Assembly (NCBI GenBank): GCA_963746175.1
Contig: CAVVAH010000001.1
Span: 1,158,062-1,222,061 of the forward strand
Source of the DNA: an uncultured Actinomycetota bacterium
Lineage (GTDB): Bacteria; Actinomycetota; Actinomycetes; JACCUZ01
DNA: 64,000 bases
Direction of reading: 5' to 3'
The notes beneath the pieces are model-generated. The model was given only the letters and a program-made list of their open reading frames with translations, was not told where the DNA came from and searched no databases. Position numbers and translations under genes: made by a program. The stretch's first letter is position 1. The number at the start of each line of letters is the position of its first letter. This document shows, in pieces, positions 35,094 through 43,843 of this stretch.

Positions 35094-36086
35094 TCAGTCC
35101 AGTGTGCCCTGCCGGAGTCCGGAGAGGAAGCAGGAGGCGACGTGGGTCTCCGTCGCGGTGAGCACCGGAAGGTGGGTTCGTCGGCAGTCGCCGTCGACCC
35201 CGGCCTCCTCGGCCGCACCCGAGGCGAGCGCCGGGCAGCGCGGGTGGAACCGGCAGCCGTCCGGCACCCGGGTCGGGTCCGGCGGCTCGCCGGCCAGCAC
35301 GGTGGGCTCGAGGTGCTTGGTCTCCGGCACCACCGACAGCAGCGCCCGCGTGTACGGGTGCTGCGGGTCGTCGAGCACCTGCTCGGTCGGACCGCTCTCG
35401 ACGACCCGGCCGAGGTACATCACGGCGATCCGGTCGGCGATGTTCCACGCCAGCCCCAGGTCGTGCGTGACGACGAGCACGGACAGGCCCAGCTCCCGGC
35501 GCAGGCCGAGCAGCAGCTCGAGGATCTCACCGCGCACCGAGGCGTCCAGCGACGACACCGGCTCGTCGGCGACGAGCACCTCGGGGTCGAGGACGAGCGC
35601 GCCGGCGATCACGACGCGCTGCCGCTGGCCGCCGGACAGCTCGTGCGGGTAGCGCAGGAAGTAGCGTTCGGCGGGCCGCAGCCCGACCCGTGACAGGGCG
35701 TCCGCGACCCGGGTCTGCTCGTCACCGCCGATCCGGTGGACCCGCAGCCCCTCGGCGACGGCTTCGTAGACGGTGTGCCGCGGGTTGAGCGACCCGGTGG
35801 GGTCCTGCAGCACCAGCTGCACCTGGCGGCGGTACGCCTTGAGCGCTCGCGCGTCGTAGCGCAGCGGTCGACCGCCGAAGAGCACCTGGCCGGCCGACGG
35901 GCGCTCCAGCCCGAGCAGGGTCCGCGCGAGCGTGGTCTTTCCGCAACCGGACTCACCGACCAGCGCCACGACCTCGCCGCGGCCGACGGCGAGGTCGACG
36001 CCGTCGACGGCCCTGGCGAGCAGACCGCCGCGGGTCCGGAAGGTCGTCGACAGACCCACCGCCTCCAGCGCCGACGCCCTGCTCAC
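35094..36086 (-). CDS. peptide ABC transporter ATP-binding protein (OppF/DppF-like)
   Basis: C-terminal 330 codons of ORF 35094..37142 from GTG 36086. It has Walker A GESGCGKTT, the signature LSGGQRQRV, Walker B LVADEP and a C-terminal oligopeptide-ABC extension. Its start overlaps the upstream gene's stop (GTGA). Confidence 0.9.
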   Translation of the reverse strand: MSRASALEAVGLSTTFRTRGGLLARAVDGVDLAVGRGEVVALVGESGCGKTTLARTLLGLERPSAGQVLFGGRPLRYDARALKAYRRQVQLVLQDPTGSLNPRHTVYEAVAEGLRVHRIGGDEQTRVADALSRVGLRPAERYFLRYPHELSGGQRQRVVIAGALVLDPEVLVADEPVSSLDASVRGEILELLLGLRRELGLSVLVVTHDLGLAWNIADRIAVMYLGRVVESGPTEQVLDDPQHPYTRALLSVVPETKHLEPTVLAGEPPDPTRVPDGCRFHPRCPALASGAAEEAGVDGDCRRTHLPVLTATETHVASCFLSGLRQGTLD

Positions 36087-37063
36087 GGCGACACCGCGGG
36101 GCCGACGTGCACGCAGGCGGCCTGCTGCTCCGGCCCGGCCGGCCGCAGCCGCACGTCGACGGTCCGGCACTCCTCGACGGTCTCCGGGCACCGCGGATGG
36201 AACGGGCAGCCACCGGGGAGGTCGCCCGGCCACGGCGGGTCCCCCGGCAGCCCGCGAGGGGCGAACCGCGCCGCCGGGTCGCCGATCGTGGGGAACGCCG
36301 CCGACAGAGCGCGCGTGTACGGGTGCCGCGCGCGGACGAGCACGTCGGCGGACCGGCCCTGCTCGACGACGCGGCCGGCGTACATCACAGCGACCCGGTC
36401 GCAGGTGCTGGCGAGCACGGACAGGTCGTGGCTGATGACGACGAGCCCGAGGCCGCGGTCGTGCACGAGCGAGGTGAGCAGGTCCAGCACCTGCGCCTGC
36501 ACCATCACGTCCAGTGCCGTCGTCGGCTCGTCGGCGACGATCAGGCGCGGCTCGCAGGCCAGCGCCATCGCGATCATCACCCGCTGCTTCTGGCCACCGG
36601 AGAGCTGGTGCGGGTACGACGAGGCGAGCCGCGCCGGCAGCCCGACGTCGGACAGCAGCCGGGCGACCGTCTTCTCCGCCGCGCGCCGGGTGGAGGAACG
36701 GTCGTGCAGCTGGACCGGCTCGGCCACCTGCCGCCCGACGCGGTGCAACGGGTTCAGGGAGTGCAGCGCGCCCTGGAACACGATCGACGCCTCGGACCAG
36801 CGCACCGCGCGCAGCCGGCCGAACGACATCGACAGCACGTCCTCGTCGTCGAGCAGCACGCGGCCGGAGACCTTCGCGGACCGCGGGGTGAGGCGCAGCA
36901 CGGTGGCCGCCAGCGTCGACTTGCCCGACCCGGACTCCCCCGCCACTCCGAGGCTGGTGCCCGCCTCGACGTCCAGCGTGACGCCGCGGACGGCGGGCAC
37001 GTCGCCCTCCGAGGTGCGGTAGGTGACCTCGAGGTCCTCGAGGCGCAGCAGCGGCACGGTCAC
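36083..37063 (-). CDS. peptide ABC transporter ATP-binding protein (OppD/DppD-like)
   Basis: C-terminal 326 codons of ORF 36083..37681 from GTG 37063. It has Walker A GESGSGKST, the signature LSGGQKQRV and Walker B IVADEP. Confidence 0.9.
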   Translation of the reverse strand: MTVPLLRLEDLEVTYRTSEGDVPAVRGVTLDVEAGTSLGVAGESGSGKSTLAATVLRLTPRSAKVSGRVLLDDEDVLSMSFGRLRAVRWSEASIVFQGALHSLNPLHRVGRQVAEPVQLHDRSSTRRAAEKTVARLLSDVGLPARLASSYPHQLSGGQKQRVMIAMALACEPRLIVADEPTTALDVMVQAQVLDLLTSLVHDRGLGLVVISHDLSVLASTCDRVAVMYAGRVVEQGRSADVLVRARHPYTRALSAAFPTIGDPAARFAPRGLPGDPPWPGDLPGGCPFHPRCPETVEECRTVDVRLRPAGPEQQAACVHVGPAVSP

Positions 37064-37971
37064 CGGCTCCCCGGGTCGAGGACGTTCTCCAGCGCCCGGC
37101 CGACCAGCGTGAAGGCCAGCACCACGACCACCACGCAGACACCCGGCGGCAGCAGGTACCACCAGGCGCCGGCGCTGATCGCGCCGGCGGAGAACGCGTT
37201 GTCCAGCATCGAGCCCCAGGAGATCCGGAACGGGTCGCCGAGCCCGAGGAACGACAGCGTCGTCTCGGACAGGATCGCGATCGCCACGGTCAGGGTCGTG
37301 TTGGCCAGCACCAGGGGCATGACGTTGGGCAGCACGTGCCGCGACATCTGGTGCCAGTGCCCGCCCCCGAGCACGCGGGCGCGCTCGAGGTACGGCCGGG
37401 CCTCGACGGCCAGCGTCTGGGCCCGCACCAGCCGGGCCGTCCCCGGCCACGACGTGACGCCGATGACGACGATGACGTTGAGCAGCGACGAGCCGAGGAC
37501 CGTTGCGAGGGCGATGGCGAGCGGCAGGAAGGGGATGACGAGGAACCAGTCGGTGAGCCGCTCGAGGATGCCGCCCAGCCAGCCGCCGAAGTGGCCGGAC
37601 GCGATGCCCACCAGCGTGCCGATCGCCATCGAGATCACCGTGGCGGAGATGCCGACGAGCAGCGAGACCCGGGCGCCCCACACGACGAGGGCGAGCACCG
37701 ATCGGCCGGACTCGTCGGTGCCCAGTGGGAAGCCGCCGGTCGGTTCGGACAGGACGTCACCGGTCGCCTTCGTCACCTCGAGCTCGTCCGAGGAGAACAG
37801 CAGCGGTGCGGCCAGTGCGAGGACGACGAACACCGCCAGGATCGCCAGCCCGGCGAGTCCGGCCCGCTGTCCCCGGAACGCTGTCGCGAACCGGCGCAGG
37901 GAGGTACGCCGCCGGGCCCGTCGGACGGCCCGTGCCGACAGGACGGCACCGCTCACGCGGGTGCTGCTCAC
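37060..37971 (-). CDS. peptide ABC transporter permease (OppC/DppC-like)
   Basis: The distal part of ORF 37060..39801 from GTG 37971, overlapping the OppB stop (GTGA). It has the binding-protein-dependent transporter EAA-type loop (ARLVRAQTLAVEARPYLERARVLG) and 6 TM helices. Confidence 0.85.
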   Translation of the reverse strand: MSSTRVSGAVLSARAVRRARRRTSLRRFATAFRGQRAGLAGLAILAVFVVLALAAPLLFSSDELEVTKATGDVLSEPTGGFPLGTDESGRSVLALVVWGARVSLLVGISATVISMAIGTLVGIASGHFGGWLGGILERLTDWFLVIPFLPLAIALATVLGSSLLNVIVVIGVTSWPGTARLVRAQTLAVEARPYLERARVLGGGHWHQMSRHVLPNVMPLVLANTTLTVAIAILSETTLSFLGLGDPFRISWGSMLDNAFSAGAISAGAWWYLLPPGVCVVVVVLAFTLVGRALENVLDPGSR

Positions 37972-39011
37972 GTGCGGAGCCGGGGGTCGACGGCGGCGAC
38001 CACGATGTCCGCCACCAGGTTGGCGACGACGACCGACAGCGAGAAGAGCAGGAAGATCGCCTGCAGCAGCGGTACGTCCGGCCCACGGATCGCCTGGTAC
38101 GACAGCAGCCCGAGGCCGGGCCACGAGAAGACCGTCTCGACCGTGATCGCGCCGGACACGACGAAGCCGATGTTGAGGAAGACCAGGGTGATCGTCGGCA
38201 GCAGGGCGTTGGGGACGGCGTGCCGGCGGCGCACCATCTTCTCCATCATCCCCTTGGCGCGTGCGGTGGTCAGGTAGTCCTGGCGCAGCTCGTCGACCAG
38301 CGAGGAGCGCATGACGAGGGCGTACTCCGCGAGATATGCCAGCGTCAGGGTGAGGGCGGGCAGGAAGAGGTGCCACGCCTGGTCGCGGACCCCGTCGACC
38401 GACCACCGCTCCAGACCCGGGGTGATGACTCCCCCGCTCGGGAAGATGCCGGGCAGGAAGCCGACGCCGGTGCTGAGCAGGATGAGCAGGACCATGCCGA
38501 GCCAGAACTCCGGCATCGCGTACAGCGTCAGGCTGATGCCGGTGCTGGCCCGGTCGAACGTGCTGCCCCTCGACCAGCCGCCGCGGATCCCGATGGCGAT
38601 GCCGATGACCGCGGACAGGACGGTCGCGGTGGTGAGCAGCACGAGGGTCGGCCACACGTAGTCGCCGATGACTTCCCACACAGGTCGCGAGAACTGCGTC
38701 GAGTCGACGCCGGAGGAGAACGGGTTCTTGAGGTAGTCGAGGAACTGCTGCGCCACCGGCTTGTTCAGGCTGCGACGCAGCTCCCGCAGCTGCTCCTGGT
38801 CCATGTTGCGACCCTTGGTGTACAGCGAGATCGGGTCGCCCGGCAGCAGCCGGAACAGGAAGAAGTTGAAGACCAGGACGAACGCGATCGTCGCCAGCCC
38901 GGACAGCGAGCGCCGGCCGGCGTAGCCCCAGAGCCCGGAGCCCCGGCCGCCCCCGGAGCGTTCGTGCGCCGACTCCGCCGCGACGGCGGAGTCGGCCGCT
39001 GCGAACGTCAC
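37968..39011 (-). CDS. peptide ABC transporter permease (OppB/DppB-like)
   Basis: ORF 37968..39011 with 6 TM helices and an EAA motif (TARAKGMMEKMVRRRHAVPNAL). Confidence 0.9.
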   Translation of the reverse strand: MTFAAADSAVAAESAHERSGGGRGSGLWGYAGRRSLSGLATIAFVLVFNFFLFRLLPGDPISLYTKGRNMDQEQLRELRRSLNKPVAQQFLDYLKNPFSSGVDSTQFSRPVWEVIGDYVWPTLVLLTTATVLSAVIGIAIGIRGGWSRGSTFDRASTGISLTLYAMPEFWLGMVLLILLSTGVGFLPGIFPSGGVITPGLERWSVDGVRDQAWHLFLPALTLTLAYLAEYALVMRSSLVDELRQDYLTTARAKGMMEKMVRRRHAVPNALLPTITLVFLNIGFVVSGAITVETVFSWPGLGLLSYQAIRGPDVPLLQAIFLLFSLSVVVANLVADIVVAAVDPRLRT

Positions 39012-39170
39012 CGGCGGATTCCTGGTGGGGCCGCCCCTGGAGCGGTCCGCTCGGCGGCCCGCGGTCGCTCGCCGCCGTCCAGAGCTCGGTCAGAGCGGCT
39101 GAGGACAGGACGCAGCGCAGTCGTCGGCCGAGCGCCATCGGTCGCGTTCCGCATCGTGGACTTGACCGGT

Positions 39171-39238
39171 CCACAACAGGCAGATGACACCCGCAACAGG
39201 TCGGTACGCCTGTTGCGGGACCCACACGCCTGTTGTGG
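39171..39238 (-). terminator. nested inverted repeat in the 246-bp gap between the binding-protein gene and the permease genes. It is an intercistronic stem-loop, either a partial terminator/stabiliser or an operator.
   Basis: CCACAACAGG (39171-39180) pairs with CCTGTTGTGG (39229-39238). Inside them, CGCAACAGG (39192-39200) pairs with CCTGTTGCG (39209-39217). Confidence 0.5.
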
Positions 39239-39257
39239 AGCGGTACAGCCGCCGGCG

Positions 39258-41138
39258 CTACTCGACATCGCTGTCCGGGCGCCGCCGCGACAGGGCGAAG
39301 CCGATGCCGCCGAGCAGCAGCACGGCGACCACGATGCCCCCGACGATCAGACCGGTGCTGCTGCCGTCGTCGTCGGGCGCCGCCGCGCCGGTGCTCTCGC
39401 CCGTGCCGGTGGTGTCGTCCTGGCTGTCCTTCGCGGTGACCGGCCGGATGTTCTTGTAGCTGTGGGTGCCGTACTGGAACAGCAGCGACCCGTCCGGGTC
39501 GGGCTGCGGCAGGAAGCCGGTGAAGCGGTCCGACCGGTAGGCCTGCGGGTCGTTGTAGTAGACGGTGATGATGTAGGCCGCCGAGTCGTAGACGAGCTTC
39601 TGCATCTGCTTCACCGTGGCCGCCCGCTCGGCCGGGTCGATCTGTGCAGCCTGCACGCCGTTGAGGCGGTCGTACTCCGGGCTGCAGTAGAACGAGTCGG
39701 ACAGGTTCGCGTAGACCTCGCCGCCGTCCTTGTACGACCGGTTGGCGCAGGTGAAGGTCGACAGCTGGTAGTTGGGATCCGGCTCGACGACCCACCCCCA
39801 CTCGAACAGGTCGAAGTTGCCCTGGCCGATGATCTCGGTGAGCGCGTCCTCGCTGACGATCTTGGGCTTCACCTCGATGCCGACATCGCGGAACCAGCCG
39901 GCGACGAACTGCACCGTCTGCTGGCTCTCCGGGGAGTTGCTGCGGCCGTAGAGCCGGAACGACAGCTTGCGCCCGCCGTTCGGCATCGTCCGGATCCCGT
40001 CCGACCCCTTGGTGTAGCCGGCCTCGTCGAGCAGCTGCTCGGCCTTCTGCGGGTCGAAGGTGTACGCCGTGTCGCCCGGGTCGTAGTGCAGCGACTGGTA
40101 GAGCGACGGGATGAAGCTGTCGCCGGCCGTCGCGTGCCCGCCGTAGACGCGTTCGACCAGCGCGTCCTTGTCGACGGCGTAGGACAGGGCGACCCGCAGC
40201 TTGGCGTCCTTGAGCGCCGGGTGCCCGTCACCGATCGCTGTGCCGTCGTCGAGCGCGGCACCGGTGTTGAACGCGATCTCGTTGAAGCCGGAGTAGGCCG
40301 CGTCCCGGGTCGTGACGCCGTCGACTCCCTCGAGGCTCTTGAAGACGTTGGCGCCGAGGTCGTCGGCGAAGTCGATCTCGCCACGCTTGAGCGCCTGGGC
40401 GAGCGAGTCGTCGTTCTGGAACACCCGGAAGACGACCTCGTCGACCTTCGGCTTGCCCCCGTAGTAGTTGGGGTTGGCCTTGAACCGGAGGAACTGGCCC
40501 TTCTGGTGCTCGGTGACGACGTACGGCCCGGAGCCGACCACGCCGTCGGGGCCGGGCTCGTTGGCGAACTTCCGCACCTCCTTCTCGTCGATGTCCTTCC
40601 AGATGTGCTCCGGGAGGATGTAGACGTAGAGGTGCAGCATGACCGGGGTCGGCTTCTTCACCGTGAAGACGATGGTGGTGGGGTCGGGCGCCTTCACCGA
40701 CGTGATGGCCGCGACGTAGTTGCCGAAGTTGGTCGACTCGTACTTGCCGTTGATCACCCGGTTGAACGTGTAGACCACGTCCGCCGAGGTGAGCGGCTGG
40801 CCGTCCGACCACTTCAGGTCCGGCCGGAGGTGGTAGGTCCAGGTGAGGCCGTCCTCGGACGTGTCCCAGCTCTGGGCCAGCGCCGGCTGCGCCGAGAAGT
40901 CCTCCTGGCCGTAGTCGGTCAGCGTCTCGTAGTTCATCTGGTACATCTCGTAGGCCGACGCCACGATCCCCGTGAACGGGTTGAGCGAGTCGATGTCCTG
41001 CTTGATCCCGACCGTGAACGTCGTCGGGTCGCCGGAGGCCCCCGAGGCGGGCATCGTCCCACCGACGAGCGACGTGGCCGCCGCGATGAGTGCCACGGCG
41101 GCGAGCGCGACCAGCCGTGGTGCGCGTCGAGCCTGCAT
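39258..41138 (-). CDS. ABC transporter substrate-binding protein, family 5 (peptide/nickel), with a predicted C-terminal transmembrane anchor
   Basis: ORF 39258..41138. It has a signal peptide (MQARRAPRLVALAAVALIAAATSLVGG) with no lipobox Cys and an SBP_bac_5 core. After a low-complexity linker it ends with the TM helix GLIVGGIVVAVLLLGGIGFAL followed by SRRRPDSDVE. Confidence 0.9.
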   Translation of the reverse strand: MQARRAPRLVALAAVALIAAATSLVGGTMPASGASGDPTTFTVGIKQDIDSLNPFTGIVASAYEMYQMNYETLTDYGQEDFSAQPALAQSWDTSEDGLTWTYHLRPDLKWSDGQPLTSADVVYTFNRVINGKYESTNFGNYVAAITSVKAPDPTTIVFTVKKPTPVMLHLYVYILPEHIWKDIDEKEVRKFANEPGPDGVVGSGPYVVTEHQKGQFLRFKANPNYYGGKPKVDEVVFRVFQNDDSLAQALKRGEIDFADDLGANVFKSLEGVDGVTTRDAAYSGFNEIAFNTGAALDDGTAIGDGHPALKDAKLRVALSYAVDKDALVERVYGGHATAGDSFIPSLYQSLHYDPGDTAYTFDPQKAEQLLDEAGYTKGSDGIRTMPNGGRKLSFRLYGRSNSPESQQTVQFVAGWFRDVGIEVKPKIVSEDALTEIIGQGNFDLFEWGWVVEPDPNYQLSTFTCANRSYKDGGEVYANLSDSFYCSPEYDRLNGVQAAQIDPAERAATVKQMQKLVYDSAAYIITVYYNDPQAYRSDRFTGFLPQPDPDGSLLFQYGTHSYKNIRPVTAKDSQDDTTGTGESTGAAAPDDDGSSTGLIVGGIVVAVLLLGGIGFALSRRRPDSDVE

Positions 41139-41257
41139 GAGACCTCCACCGACGTCGGACCCCCGTCGTGCCCAGGATCATCGTGGGTGGCGATGCGTTT
41201 GTCACGCTTCTCCTGAGTCACGAGTCAGTGACGGTGCGGAGGGGTTACCGTGCGCCG

Positions 41258-43372
41258 GTGATCCCCGCCGCCCACCCGCCGGCCGCGCCGCGCCGGCCCT
41301 CCCGCCTGGTCCTGCACGGCGACGAGCGGTCCGACGACTACGCCTGGATGCGGCAGACCGACGACCCCGAGCTGCTCGGCTACCTGACCGCCGAGAACGC
41401 GTGGTGCGACGCGCAGACGGCACACCTCGCGGCTCTCCGGACAGCCGTCGAGGCCGAGCTCGCCGCCGCGCTGCCCGACGAGGACGTGTCGGCGCCCCGA
41501 ACGCGCAACGGCTGGGAGTACCGGGTCCGCCGCCCCGCCGGGGCGCAGTACCCCGTGCACGTCCGCCGCCGCCCGGGCACCGGCCCCGACGACGACGAGG
41601 TGGTCCTGGACGAGAACGTGCTCGCGGCCGGGCACGACTTCCTCGAGCTCGGCGTCTGGGAACCGAGCCCGGACGGCCGGCTGCTGGCCTACTCCGTCGA
41701 CCACGACGGAGACGAGGTCTACGAGCTGCGGGTGCGCGACCTCTGCACCGGCACCGACCTGCCCGACGTCCTGACCGAGACGTACTACGGGCTGGCCTGG
41801 TCGGCCGACGGCACCGGACTGCTCTACACGACGCTGGACGAGGCGTACCGGCCGGACACGGTGCGGCACCACGTCCTCGGCACGCCGCAGGACGACGACA
41901 CGGAGGTCTGGCAGGAGAAGGACAGGCGGTTCGAGCTGGAGGTCGAGACCACCCGCAGCGGTACGTACGCCGTGCTGCTCGCCCGCAGCCGCGACACGAC
42001 CGAGGTACGCCTCGTCCCCACCGACTCCCTGTCGACCGAGCCGCGTCGGGTGGCCGAGCGGGTCGCGGTCCGCGAGTACTTCGTCGACCACCAGCCCGGG
42101 CCGGACGGCGGCCGGCTGGTCATCGTGACCGACCTCGACGCGCCCGAGTACCGCGTGATGACCGCTCCGGTCGGGTCGACGGACGCCGCCGACTGGGTCG
42201 AGCTGCTCCCGCACGACCCGGCCGTCCGGGTCGAGAGCGCCGACGTCGTCGGCGGTCACGTCGTGATCGGCGAGCGCACCGCCGGCCGCCTCCGGGTGCG
42301 ACTCCTCGACAGCGCGGGGACCACGGTGCGTCTCGTCGAGCCGGACGCGACCGGCGAGGTCGTGCGGCTGGGCGACAACGACGACGTCGAGGCCGCGTCG
42401 GTGCGGTTGGTCCGCGAGGGCTGGGTGCGCCCGCCGAGCGAGGTCGAGCACGACCTCGCCACCGGCACCGAGACGCTCGTCCACGAGCAGGAGGTACGGC
42501 GACCGCTGGACGACTACCGGTGCGACCTCGTGCACGCGGTCGCCGACGACGGCACCGCCGTGCCGGTGTCCCTCGTGCACCGGGCCGACGCCGCAGCCAT
42601 CCCGGGCGGCGCGCCCTGCCTGCTCTACGGCTACGGCGCCTACGAGTCGAGCGTCGATCCCGAGTTCTGGCCGGAGGTGCTGCCGCTGGTCGACCGCGGC
42701 ATCACGTTCGCGGTGGCGCACGTGCGCGGCGGCGGCGAGCTGGGCCGGCAGTGGTGGCAGCAGGGGCGGCTGCTCCGCAAGCGCACGACGTTCACCGACT
42801 TCGTCGCTGCCGCACGACACCTCGTCGACACCGGCGTCACGACCGGGGACCGGCTGGTGGCACGGGGGCTCTCCGCCGGTGGCCTGCTCATGGGCGCCGT
42901 CGCGCACCTGGCTCCCGAGCAGTTCGCCGCCGTCGTGGCCGAGGTGCCGTTCGTCGACGTCGTGGGCACGATGCTCGACGACACCCTCCCGCTGACCGTC
43001 GCCGAGTGGGACGAGTGGGGCGACCCGCGGCGGCCCGAGGACTACGCCTACCTCGCCGGCTACTCGCCGTACGACAACCTGCCCGGCCCGGACCGCGCCG
43101 CGCTGCTGGTCACCGCGAGCCGGCACGACCCGCGGGTGTCCGTGCACGAGCCGGCCAAGTGGGTCGCACGGATGCGCGCTGTCGAGGCGGCGGAACCGGC
43201 ACGCCGCCGCGGACCGCTGCTGCTGCGCACGGCGCTGGGCGGCGCCGCGCACACGGGACCGGCCGGCCGCTACGACGCGTGGCGGCACGAGGCGTTCCTG
43301 CACGCCTTCGTGCTCGACCAGGTGGGACTGGGCTCCGTCAGTCCCGCGGCGCCCACACCCGGCGGGCGTTGA
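41258..43372 (+). CDS. ptrB: oligopeptidase B / S9-family prolyl-oligopeptidase-type serine protease
   Basis: ORF 41168..43372. The GTG at 41258 (VIPAAHPPAAPRRPSR...) is preferred because a GGAGG lies 12 nt upstream. It has an N-terminal beta-propeller and a C-terminal catalytic domain with the nucleophile motif GLSAGGLLMG. Confidence 0.85.
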   Translation: MIPAAHPPAAPRRPSRLVLHGDERSDDYAWMRQTDDPELLGYLTAENAWCDAQTAHLAALRTAVEAELAAALPDEDVSAPRTRNGWEYRVRRPAGAQYPVHVRRRPGTGPDDDEVVLDENVLAAGHDFLELGVWEPSPDGRLLAYSVDHDGDEVYELRVRDLCTGTDLPDVLTETYYGLAWSADGTGLLYTTLDEAYRPDTVRHHVLGTPQDDDTEVWQEKDRRFELEVETTRSGTYAVLLARSRDTTEVRLVPTDSLSTEPRRVAERVAVREYFVDHQPGPDGGRLVIVTDLDAPEYRVMTAPVGSTDAADWVELLPHDPAVRVESADVVGGHVVIGERTAGRLRVRLLDSAGTTVRLVEPDATGEVVRLGDNDDVEAASVRLVREGWVRPPSEVEHDLATGTETLVHEQEVRRPLDDYRCDLVHAVADDGTAVPVSLVHRADAAAIPGGAPCLLYGYGAYESSVDPEFWPEVLPLVDRGITFAVAHVRGGGELGRQWWQQGRLLRKRTTFTDFVAAARHLVDTGVTTGDRLVARGLSAGGLLMGAVAHLAPEQFAAVVAEVPFVDVVGTMLDDTLPLTVAEWDEWGDPRRPEDYAYLAGYSPYDNLPGPDRAALLVTASRHDPRVSVHEPAKWVARMRAVEAAEPARRRGPLLLRTALGGAAHTGPAGRYDAWRHEAFLHAFVLDQVGLGSVSPAAPTPGGR

Positions 43373-43787
43373 CGGCGCCCTCCATCTCGCCGTACGCGAG
43401 CTCCCCCTGCGGACCGCGCGTGTAGGGCACGAGCAGCACCAGGGACGTGCCCTCGTGGTGCTCGAGCTCGACCCGGACACCGGTGCGGTCCTCGCCGGTC
43501 ACCGCGTCGGTGACGTCGGCGGCCAGCGCGACCGAGCGGTACTCGTCCCGGCGCTGCTCGGTGCCCACATGTAGCGAGTGCAGGACGTCGTCGGTGCTCG
43601 GTTGGTCGCCCAGGTCGGGGTCGCCGTCGAGCAGGACCAGGTCGCCAGCTGTCGTGTACGCCGCACCGAACGGGTAGAACCCGCCGTTGCTCACCAGCCG
43701 CTGCCCGGCCACCTCGAGCACGGTGCTGAGGAGCGTGTCGGCGTCCTGCTGGGCCTGCGGCGAGGCGTCGTCGCGCCAGGAGACCAT
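43338..43787 (-). CDS. hypothetical protein (149 aa)
   Basis: C-terminal 150 codons of ORF 43338..44606 from ATG 43787 (MVSWRDDASPQAQQDADTLL...). The remainder of the listed ORF overlaps dus and is an artefact. Confidence 0.45.
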   Translation of the reverse strand: MVSWRDDASPQAQQDADTLLSTVLEVAGQRLVSNGGFYPFGAAYTTAGDLVLLDGDPDLGDQPSTDDVLHSLHVGTEQRRDEYRSVALAADVTDAVTGEDRTGVRVELEHHEGTSLVLLVPYTRGPQGELAYGEMEGAVNARRVWAPRD

Positions 43788-43843
43788 CTGCTGCACCTTC
43801 CGTCGGGCCGTCGGACCGGACGTCAAGCCTACGTGGCGGCCGG

